DNA of 64,000 bases from the NCBI GenBank assembly GCA_041742395.1, contig JBGSIS010000018.1, forward strand, positions 39,505 through 103,504. Direction: 5' to 3'. This document shows positions 57,831 to 64,000 of this stretch, one piece after another. The notes under the pieces are model-generated. The model worked only from the letters and a program-made list of their open reading frames with translations, did not search any database and was not told the DNA's origin. The first letter of the stretch is position 1; every line of letters begins with the position of its first letter. The translations under genes were made by a program, and so were the position numbers. The DNA comes from Candidatus Saccharimonadales bacterium (lineage in GTDB: Bacteria > Patescibacteriota > Saccharimonadia > Saccharimonadales > JACQNP01).

Positions 57831-58256
57831 ATGATAAAAAAGATAAAAAGTTTGATATTTAGCTTAGTTGTAAGTGCCGGATTTATGCTGCCAACAGCTA
57901 TTGCATTACCAACAGCCGTATATGCCCAGGGGGCGAATATTCAAGATTCACTTTGTCAGGGCGCTAACCTAGACGCTAATTCAACTGACTGTCAGGTGGA
58001 TCCCGAGGAAGCAGGAAGTACAGTAAACACCATACTTTCGAATGTTATTAACATATTTTCAATAGTCGTTGGTGTTGTATCTGTGATTATGATAATTGTA
58101 GGTGGACTTAAATACATTACATCTGGTGGCGATTCAGGAAATGTTTCAGGCGCCAAGAACACTATACTTTATGCCATTATTGGATTGGTTATAGTAGCTC
58201 TCGCACAGGTAATTGTGAACTTTGTACTCGGAAGAGTAAGTAACGCCACAGCCTAA
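57831..58256 (+). CDS. TrbC/VirB2-like T4SS pilin paralogue 6
   Basis: 141 aa with a signal peptide (PTAVYA/QG) and a 2-Cys loop (LCQGANLDANSTDCQ). The module is GGLKYITSGGDSGNVSGAKNTILYAIIGLVIVALAQVIVNFV. Confidence 0.7.
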   Translation: MIKKIKSLIFSLVVSAGFMLPTAIALPTAVYAQGANIQDSLCQGANLDANSTDCQVDPEEAGSTVNTILSNVINIFSIVVGVVSVIMIIVGGLKYITSGGDSGNVSGAKNTILYAIIGLVIVALAQVIVNFVLGRVSNATA

Positions 58257-58304
58257 TATAAACAAGTACTAGTTTTACTTAGCTAAAGTATTATTAGATA
58301 ATTT

Positions 58305-58330
58305 AGGACTCCATAAAGGAGTCCTTTTTG
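58305..58330 (+). terminator. Rho-independent terminator of the pilin array
   Basis: The stems are AGGACTCC (58305-58312) and GGAGTCCT (58318-58325), with a 5-nt loop, followed by TTTTTG. Confidence 0.75.
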
Positions 58331-58334
58331 TTTT

Positions 58335-58360
58335 GGTTACCGCTTAGACAAGCGGTAACC
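58335..58360. terminator. second hairpin, bidirectional terminator candidate
   Basis: The stems are GGTTACCGCTT and AAGCGGTAACC (11 bp, 4-nt loop). TTTT lies upstream and AAAAA downstream. Confidence 0.6.
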
Positions 58361-58388
58361 AAAAAGCACCCTCATTTTGAGGGTGCTT
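58361..58388 (-). terminator. Rho-independent terminator of hsp20
   Basis: The stems are AAGCACCCTCA and TGAGGGTGCTT (58364-58388). On the minus strand the hairpin is followed by TTTTT (the complement of 58361-58365). It lies 22 nt past the hsp20 stop. Confidence 0.7.
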
Positions 58389-58409
58389 ATATTAACTACA
58401 GAGTAGTGA

Positions 58410-58904
58410 TTATAGAACTTGTATTTTCTTGACGCTGTCCTGTTTTAGTTTCGTGAAAGAAATTGTCAAAACACCATCTTTTAATACTGCTTCGATTTCA
58501 TCTTCTTTGACAGCCACTGGAAGAGCTATACTTCTAGAGAATTCTCCCCAATAACATTCCTGCACAAAATAATTTTCAACATCAGACTCGTTGCCTGCTG
58601 ATAGAGTTCCTCTGATACTTAGTGTGTTGTCTGCAATACTGACATCTAGATCACTCTTATTAACTCCAGCTGTCCTGGCTTTAACAACAAGTCTTTCCTT
58701 AGTTTCATAAACGTCTACTGCTAATTGACCCGGTAAAGCTTCTTCTTCGTCCCAATCATCTTGTGGTACTGCCTGTGTTGCCTGTTGTTGAGCTCCAGTA
58801 TCTTGAGGTGCTGGATCGTCTGCCAATAAGTCCTCTTCGCCTAAGAAAGCAGCGGTTAACTCATCCTCCATTAACAAATCTTCGTCTCGGCTGCGTCTAG
58901 CCAT
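58410..58904 (-). CDS. Hsp20/alpha-crystallin family small heat-shock protein
   Basis: 164 aa. The alpha-crystallin domain pattern is LAVDVYETKERLVVKARTAGV...LSIRG...GEFSRSIALP..V....I.A.LKDGVLTI. GGAGGG lies upstream of the ATG. Confidence 0.9.
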   Translation of the reverse strand: MARRSRDEDLLMEDELTAAFLGEEDLLADDPAPQDTGAQQQATQAVPQDDWDEEEALPGQLAVDVYETKERLVVKARTAGVNKSDLDVSIADNTLSIRGTLSAGNESDVENYFVQECYWGEFSRSIALPVAVKEDEIEAVLKDGVLTISFTKLKQDSVKKIQVL

Positions 58905-59521
58905 AAGTTGTTACCCTCCAACTGTGTTATTTTGAAAAATAAATTTGCAATTTTTGTTACCTACAAGTATAGCTTAGATTTACAAATGGGTGCAATAGTA
59001 CCCCAATAATTACAACAGTAGTTATAACAACATGAAACTAAAAGAAAAGATATTAAAAGTTTTATAATCCAACGTTTGTTAAAATTACTGTATCTAAGTA
59101 TCGTTAGTTTATGATGTTTGTGTTATAAATTTTTGTACTCCAGTTTCCTTGAATTGCTAACAATGCAAACAAATTAACAGATGGATTTACTAGCTTTAAT
59201 AAATTCCGAAGCGTTAGTAAATTAAATAATCTCTGGAAATCAAGTACGAAAAATCAAAACTCTAATTAACTAGCTTTCGATGAATAGTTTGCATGTAATC
59301 GTTCGGCTGCCGATACTTTATCAAACTTTATTTTTGAACTATTACGAATATTTCTGAACAATACAGACGTTGTAAATATACCAACGGTAACTAGTAGACT
59401 ATATAGTCATTATTGAGTCAACAATATAGTCTGCAGCTGTAGAAGCTAAGACAAAATTGCGCAAAAATAGTATATGCTGTGACTTTTGCTCAAAAGTAGT
59501 CTTTTTAACAAGGGTGATAAC

Positions 59522-59530
59522 TGATATAAT
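59522..59530 (+). promoter_or_regulatory. extended -10 promoter element upstream of the tRNA-Ser pair
   Basis: TGATATAAT (TGnTATAAT) ends 11 nt before the first tRNA nucleotide. No good -35 was found. Confidence 0.4.
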
Positions 59531-59541
59531 CATCTGGTCAC

Positions 59542-59631
59542 GGAAGGGTGGCCGAGTGGTTGAAGGTACCTGTCTTGAAAACAGGCGTACCGGCAACGGT
59601 ACCGAGGGTTCGAATCCCTCCCCTTCCGCCA
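59542..59631 (+). tRNA. tRNA-Ser (anticodon UGA), CCA encoded
   Basis: I folded this by hand. The acceptor pairs GGAAGGG with CCCTTCC. The anticodon stem is CCTGT/ACAGG with loop CTTGAAA. There is a long variable arm (CGTACCGGCAACGGTACCG) and a T-loop GGTTCGAATCC. The 3' end is GCCA. Confidence 0.85.
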
Positions 59632-59654
59632 GTACATTATTATAATGTTGATAC

Positions 59655-59747
59655 GGAGGAGTACCCAAGTGGCTGAAGGGGACGGTTTGCTAAATCGTTA
59701 GGGGGGAGCAATCTCCCGCGAGGGTTCGAATCCCTCCTCCTCCGCCA
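59655..59747 (+). tRNA. tRNA-Ser (anticodon GCU), CCA encoded
   Basis: I folded this by hand. The acceptor pairs GGAGGAG with CTCCTCC. The anticodon stem is ACGGT/ATCGT (one G-U pair) with loop TTGCTAA. There is a long variable arm and a T-loop GGTTCGAATCC. The 3' end is GCCA. Confidence 0.8.
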
Positions 59748-59748
59748 A

Positions 59749-59795
59749 AAGAAAGACGGTCGCTAATTATAGTTTGTTGCCGTTTTTCTTTTTTA
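59749..59795 (+). terminator. possible terminator after the tRNA pair
   Basis: AAGAAAGACGG (59749-59759) pairs imperfectly with CCGTTTTTCTT (59780-59790) and is followed by TTTTT. The large loop makes this uncertain. Confidence 0.35.
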
Positions 59796-59847
59796 TTGAA
59801 TTTGGAATTAGGCAGTTCTCTACTGAGTAGTTCTTGAGAAGTAAATA

Positions 59848-60450
59848 ATGTACAATACGCTTATGTCTGAAACTGATAATACAAACAAAAACCAACAAAG
59901 TCCCGAGCCAGACACAGGCTGGTCGTACTCTGCTGAACAATCGGATCCTGTTAGTAACGAGTTAAACTCAGTACAAGCATCAAATGTGAATCCGGTCTCG
60001 TGGACAGCATCTGAATATATCGCACACGATAAAACTGTAATTTGGTATATGACAGTAACTATATTAACTTTGATTTTTTCTGGTCTTATATATTTTTTCG
60101 ATTCAAACAATAGTCTATTCTCGCCTGTTCTTGTGGCTATTGCAGGAATTATTTTTATGGTAGCGGCAAGCAGAAAACCGAAAGTACTTGAATACTTAAT
60201 TGATGATTCTGGGCTTCATGTTGGCCAAAAACTATATTCTTATGCTCAGTTTAAGTCTTTTGCGCTAGTTCAAGAAGGACCAATTACTACTATTGTATTT
60301 ATACCGTTACAGAGGTTTGTGCCGACTTTGACTGTTTACTTTGATCCGAAAGACCAAGATGTAATTGTTGACTCTCTAAGTGTTTACTTGCCTGTTGAAA
60401 ACAGGAAGATGGATGTTATTGACAGTATCATGCGCAAAATTAGATTCTAG
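59848..60450 (+). CDS. hypothetical membrane protein (two TM helices plus a soluble C-terminal domain)
   Basis: 200 aa with two hydrophobic helices (VIWYMTVTILTLIFSGLIYFF, FSPVLVAIAGIIFMVAA). No motif was recognised. Confidence 0.5.
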   Translation: MYNTLMSETDNTNKNQQSPEPDTGWSYSAEQSDPVSNELNSVQASNVNPVSWTASEYIAHDKTVIWYMTVTILTLIFSGLIYFFDSNNSLFSPVLVAIAGIIFMVAASRKPKVLEYLIDDSGLHVGQKLYSYAQFKSFALVQEGPITTIVFIPLQRFVPTLTVYFDPKDQDVIVDSLSVYLPVENRKMDVIDSIMRKIRF

Positions 60451-60617
60451 TGAAAACAGTTATTTATTTATGTGTAGGTATTGGAATGTTTGTCGGTTCG
60501 TATATCCCAGTATTATTAGGAGACAACGCTGGAATATTTTCTTTTTGGAGTTTATTAGGATCTCTTATTGGTGGCATAATTGGTGTTTGGGTCGGATACA
60601 GACTTTATAATGGCTAG
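60450..60617 (+). CDS. small glycine-zipper-like membrane protein (55 aa)
   Basis: This ORF is not in the track. The GTG at 60450 overlaps the upstream TAG (TAGTG). My translation is VKTVIYLCVGIGMFVGSYIPVLLGDNAGIFSFWSLLGSLIGGIIGVWVGYRLYNG. It is two Gly-rich helices and is more protein-like than the alternative-frame track ORF 60380-60610. Confidence 0.45.
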   Translation: MKTVIYLCVGIGMFVGSYIPVLLGDNAGIFSFWSLLGSLIGGIIGVWVGYRLYNG

Positions 60618-60658
60618 CTAGTCAACAGAGGTAAAATATGCTACAATCTGCCAGTTAA

Positions 60659-60735
60659 GCACCCGTAGCTCAGCTGGATAGAGCGTTGGCTTGCGGAGCC
60701 AAAGGTCGTAGGTTCGAATCCTGTCGGGTGTACCA
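60659..60735 (+). tRNA. tRNA-Arg (anticodon GCG), CCA encoded
   Basis: I folded this by hand. The acceptor pairs GCACCCG with CGGGTGT (G1-U72 wobble). The D arm is GCTC-AGCTGGATA-GAGC. The anticodon stem is TTGGC/GCCAA with loop TTGCGGA. The T arm is GTAGG-TTCGAAT-CCTGT (two wobbles). The 3' end is ACCA. Confidence 0.7.
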
Positions 60736-60754
60736 AACGCTTATGCTTGTAAAG

Positions 60755-61588
60755 TTACTTTGTATTTGGCATTTTTGAATGCAAAGACACCATTGCTTTA
60801 CCATCAGGTATATTAATGTAGCTGAATTCATTTCCATTAACGATACATGTTGTATTTTCTGATTTATAATCAATTCTTGCTTCAAGAATTGGCTGAGAAA
60901 CTGTGTAGCTAGGCTCTTTTGATACTTTGTAGCTAGAGTAGTATTTAGATGATTCTTCGTAGCCGTTTAAAAGTATACTAGCTTTTAGGGGCTCAATGTA
61001 CGGCCTATTTGGATCTAAGCCTATCTCATAGTTAGATGAATCTTCATAATAATTGCGTATCTCTTTGCTCTCACTGAGCATAACATCGATTTTACTTGAT
61101 TCTTCGATGAGTATTTTTTCTATGTTGTTATCATTAACTAAGTAATAGACTTCATACCATGGCTGAGTGTTATCTATACCATAACCTGAGTCGCCTTCAT
61201 CACAAATTTTTGTACCGCCCAAGTCATCAACCAATCTAACTTCTAAAGGCTTTACTAAATTATGTGCACTATTTCCTTGGAGTGACTTTAAACCGCCACT
61301 AAGTAAAAATAGTCCAGTTAGGCTTATGAAGGCTAGGAAAATAAGAAAGGAATTTAATGCGATACTTACTAAGGCAGCAGTTTTCCATCTTTTATGTTGA
61401 TTAGAAGTCTTATTGTACCCAAGAATGGAGAAGGCTAATCCAACAAGTGGTAATACTAAAAACAAGTAACCTATTATAATAAAGATAGTTGCTGATTTAT
61501 TAATATTAATAGTTTTTGTTAATTCTGGGTTAATAACTTGAGCATCGGGTATAACTTTGTCAGGATTGTTTGTTTTGTTGCCATCCAT
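60755..61588 (-). CDS. hypothetical membrane protein
   Basis: 277 aa with two N-terminal TM helices and an extracytoplasmic domain of about 170 aa. No motif was recognised. Confidence 0.5.
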   Translation of the reverse strand: MDGNKTNNPDKVIPDAQVINPELTKTININKSATIFIIIGYLFLVLPLVGLAFSILGYNKTSNQHKRWKTAALVSIALNSFLIFLAFISLTGLFLLSGGLKSLQGNSAHNLVKPLEVRLVDDLGGTKICDEGDSGYGIDNTQPWYEVYYLVNDNNIEKILIEESSKIDVMLSESKEIRNYYEDSSNYEIGLDPNRPYIEPLKASILLNGYEESSKYYSSYKVSKEPSYTVSQPILEARIDYKSENTTCIVNGNEFSYINIPDGKAMVSLHSKMPNTK

Positions 61589-61790
61589 AATTCTATCTTA
61601 CACTACTGAATTGAAATTTGGTTCTAATCTCGACTATAATGCTGTACCAGAGTGAAATTACAGATAGAGATTGAAATCATTTTCAGTCTCTTTTTTGTTT
61701 GCGATGATTTTACTCTTTGAAAGAAGTTTGAATCCCGTTAGGTGTTTTTCATTACTTTATAGCATATTGTAATGCAAATGTGTTACAGTA

Positions 61791-62051
61791 ATGGGTATGA
61801 AGAATTCAATTACAATTACAAGTAAGGGCCAGGCAACTATTCCAGCCTCTTATCGTCGCAAACTAGGCGTAGGAGCAAACGGAGGTACTCTTGATATACG
61901 TTTTGATGAATCTAAAGGTGAGCTTGTTATAACAAAGCCATTAAGCATAGATGAGTTAAGCGAAAAATTAAGTGGTTATATAAAAGCAGGGACAAAACCT
62001 CTGGTTGATGTTGATGTATATTACCAGAAAAATCGTGACGGTCGTAAATAA
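61791..62051 (+). CDS. vapB: AbrB/SpoVT-type antitoxin (VapB)
   Basis: 86 aa with the hairpin ITITSKGQATIPASYRRKLGV. Its stop overlaps the PIN gene start (TAATG). Confidence 0.8.
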   Translation: MGMKNSITITSKGQATIPASYRRKLGVGANGGTLDIRFDESKGELVITKPLSIDELSEKLSGYIKAGTKPLVDVDVYYQKNRDGRK

Positions 62052-62455
62052 TGAGATTTAGCGGTTCATTAGATACGAATGCATTACTGAGATTGCTTTT
62101 GAATGACGTAGCCGAACAGCACAAAGCTATAAAAAAGTTACTGCATCAAGCAGATAACCAATTAGCAGTCGCTGACGTGGCAGTAATTGAGTTAGTATTC
62201 GTGCTTGAGAGATACTATGGGTTTTCCCGTCAACAAGTCAGTGAAGCCGTCACGGGACTCATGCTGCTAAGGGAAATAAACTGTAACCGAACTCTATTCG
62301 AGAAGGCACTGCTTCTATATGTAAGCTACTCCGCATTATCCTTTGAGGACTGTTGCCTAAGCACCTATGCGACGCTCAACCAAGCTGAGCCGTTGTGGAC
62401 ATTTGATAAAAAACTAGCCACTCAAGCAGCCAGCGCCAAGCTTATAGTTGTTTGA
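62051..62455 (+). CDS. vapC: PIN-domain toxin VapC
   Basis: 134 aa with the N-terminal LDTNALLRLLLND motif and conserved acidic positions (ELVFVLE, FEDC). Confidence 0.8.
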   Translation: MRFSGSLDTNALLRLLLNDVAEQHKAIKKLLHQADNQLAVADVAVIELVFVLERYYGFSRQQVSEAVTGLMLLREINCNRTLFEKALLLYVSYSALSFEDCCLSTYATLNQAEPLWTFDKKLATQAASAKLIVV

Positions 62456-62567
62456 ACAACCTTTACTACCGTGTACCACATTTTTTGTATCTGATATATT
62501 GACTAGTCTACTCAAGACGTTCGAATCCTTTTATTCGATATACTATCTATTACCCTCTGTAAACGTT

Positions 62568-62816
62568 CTAACGATGTCTGACTCTAATGACTACGATTAT
62601 TAGCTTGTCTTTATAAAGTTGATAAACAATACGGTATAAAGATAGTCGTATTCGGTAGATATTGCTAAAACCCTTTATTTTTTTTGCATCATCTGGGTTT
62701 GGGTTTACTTGAAGACCTTCAATAATACTGATTATTTTGCTGCGCAACTCTATATTTGGTAGCTTACGTATTTCTTTTTGAGCTGAGTCTTTAATCTCGA
62801 CTTTATAGGAGACCAT
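62568..62816 (-). CDS. RelE/ParE-family toxin
   Basis: 82 aa. YKVEIKDSAQKEIRKLP...YRIRLSLYRIVYQLYKDKLIIVVIRVRHR is the classic RelE/ParE pattern. Confidence 0.85.
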   Translation of the reverse strand: MVSYKVEIKDSAQKEIRKLPNIELRSKIISIIEGLQVNPNPDDAKKIKGFSNIYRIRLSLYRIVYQLYKDKLIIVVIRVRHR

Positions 62817-63024
62817 CAGCTTTAAGCTCTTTTACGAACACTTTGAAATCTAAAGCCGACTCATTCTCTCGCTCTTTTACAGCCTGCAAATCATCCAAGT
62901 CTTCAAGGATTTGCTCTTTTATTGCATCTTCAATTAAAGCAGAAACGGACTCGCTACTCTCCGCGGCCCTTATCCTTAAAGCTTTATAAATTCTGTCATT
63001 TATAGTTATAGTTGTGCGCATCAT
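62803..63024 (-). CDS. RHH-type antitoxin partner of RelE/ParE
   Basis: 73 aa. The N-terminal TTITINDRIYKALRIRAAESSESVSALIEDAI is a ribbon-helix-helix pattern. It overlaps the toxin gene by 14 nt. Confidence 0.75.
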   Translation of the reverse strand: MMRTTITINDRIYKALRIRAAESSESVSALIEDAIKEQILEDLDDLQAVKERENESALDFKVFVKELKADGLL

Positions 63025-63222
63025 TTATCCCTTGCTTAGAATGGTACAAGTATAGCACAAATGCATCAATACATCAATGCATTTATACTGCATCTTTGTA
63101 TAATAAGTATAATAGTGATATAGCCTACTCTAGATGGTAATAAACGCTTCAAATGGTTCCTGCTGTGAACATTTAATTTCTACGTCTTAAATTAATTGAA
63201 GAGCTTATGCTTTTGTGTCACT

Positions 63223-63579
63223 ATGAATACAATGGAATCATTCTTTTTGTCTACATCATGTTTCGGATGTGAAAGGCTTGAGGGTATACTCGAAGAAAAT
63301 ATCCCTACGTGGCAGGAACGCATATACGATATTACTGGCTTAAAGGTAGTTGAAGAACATGGGAGTGATCACATTAACGACAATCCGCCATATTTTGTTC
63401 GACTCGAAGGTGGGAGTTTGGCTGATTACAGGGTCGTTGATTTTACTTGGAGAGATGCCCGAAATGACCATATTGAACGCGAGCAAGCAATCAGGGATAT
63501 AGTAGAGAATTGTCCTGGTTATGTAAAAAACGCCCGAAAATGTGGCAAAATTACTCTTGAAAATTATACGGAGCAATAA
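63223..63579 (+). CDS. hypothetical protein
   Basis: The track ORF starts at TTG 63196. The first ATG is at 63223 (MNTMESFF...). No motif was recognised. Confidence 0.35.
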   Translation: MNTMESFFLSTSCFGCERLEGILEENIPTWQERIYDITGLKVVEEHGSDHINDNPPYFVRLEGGSLADYRVVDFTWRDARNDHIEREQAIRDIVENCPGYVKNARKCGKITLENYTEQ

Positions 63580-63624
63580 CTAGATAATCTTGCATAATAC
63601 TATTAATTCTTTCACAATATAAAT

Positions 63625-64000
63625 ATGAATGAAATTATTGATCCATCAAATCAGTATGCGCATCCGTCTATTCTTCAAGAACAAATGGATAAAGTAGCAC
63701 AGTTACAGGAACTTCAAGATTCAGGAGCCGATCAAATTGATATATTTATGGCTGAACAAGAATTAGCAGCAACACAAGCCAAGCTAGAGAGTGCACCTGA
63801 AATTGATCCACCAGGCATATATGAACATATGAGCCCAGTACTAAATGATGACAGTTCGGATGAAATGGTGGTTGTCGAATCAAGTGATAAAACAATAATT
63901 TCATCACCTAAAATTTACGATATACCTTCAGTTAAGACTTCGATAGCTTTTCAAGGACAAGTTTCGTCTAATAGATTACCTGAAAACTATAAAAGTGCCC
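63625..64000 (+). CDS. hypothetical acidic protein, 5' part only (runs off the window end)
   Basis: ATG at 63625 opens MNEIIDPSNQYAHPSILQEQMDKVAQLQELQDSGADQIDIF..., and the frame stays open to position 64000. It is not in the ORF track because no stop lies within the window. Confidence 0.4.
   Translation, partial: MNEIIDPSNQYAHPSILQEQMDKVAQLQELQDSGADQIDIFMAEQELAATQAKLESAPEIDPPGIYEHMSPVLNDDSSDEMVVVESSDKTIISSPKIYDIPSVKTSIAFQGQVSSNRLPENYKSA

Noticed and set aside
55105-58256. A periodic repetition of a conserved segment of about 100 nt every 400-450 nt was considered as a CRISPR-like or other noncoding repeat array.
   Set aside because: The repeats are in frame and encode the conserved pilin hairpin. 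The spacers are the variable coding regions with signal peptides. No short direct repeats of CRISPR type occur anywhere in the window.
59399-59668. Track ORFs (59399-59668 minus, 59457-59645 plus) overlap the tRNA-Ser genes.
   Set aside because: They coincide with two well-folding tRNAs. Translations such as EGEGFEPSVPLPV are the usual artefact of reading through tRNA sequence.
60670-60885. A 71-aa minus-strand ORF overlaps tRNA-Arg.
   Set aside because: Its C-terminal part is the reverse complement of the tRNA. The remainder overlaps the 3' end of the 60755-61588 gene in another frame.
62519-62529. The 11-nt string GTTCGAATCCT is identical to the T-loop region of tRNA-Arg (60659-60735). I considered it as a possible att-site duplicate bracketing a 1.8-kb insertion that carries a membrane protein and VapBC.
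   Set aside because: The match is only 11 nt, does not extend to the tRNA 3' end or acceptor stem, and has no integrase nearby. It could be chance. It is worth a quick alignment check but is not reportable.

Overview
This is a 64-kb chromosomal segment from a small, AT-rich bacterium. Gene content suggests Patescibacteria/CPR, possibly Saccharibacteria-like: a Gram-positive-type minimal T4SS, TrbC/VirB2-like pilin paralogues, dense toxin-antitoxin (TA) modules and standard genetic code. That lineage call is inference only, because I could not run any search. The window spans the replication origin, with rpmH-rnpA-yidC-jag on the minus strand facing dnaA-dnaN-recF on the plus strand and DnaA-box clusters on both sides of dnaA. 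From left to right the content is as follows. (1) 0.1-2.2 kb holds msrA/msrB, a flavodoxin-like reductase and a small membrane protein. (2) 2.3-8.3 kb is an accessory island. It contains a Fic-like protein with a degenerate active site, VapBC, Phd/Doc, a truncated T4SS-coupling-protein-like ATPase, an XRE-Panacea protein with a candidate toxin, a BrnA-like orphan and a winged-helix protein. (3) 8.4-34.8 kb is a large surface-glycan locus. It encodes PMM, GalE, RfbBCDA, many glycosyltransferases, a Wzm/Wzt ABC exporter and an O-antigen-ligase-like protein, and includes a very AT-rich sub-block. MazEF and VapBC modules sit at its right edge. (4) 35.5-41.5 kb is the origin region. (5) 41.5-58.3 kb is a T4SS-like locus and the most interesting part of the window. 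A nine-gene minus-strand operon encodes VirB4, VirB6-like and PrgI/VirB3-like proteins plus two giant multi-domain cell-wall hydrolases. It faces a plus-strand array of six pilin-like paralogues carrying seven pilin modules. No coupling protein, relaxase or VirB11 is present in cis. (6) 58.4-64 kb holds hsp20, two tRNA-Ser genes, a tRNA-Arg(GCG), hypothetical membrane proteins and VapBC and RelE/RHH modules. All functional calls rest on motifs I read in the supplied translations, not on any database search.
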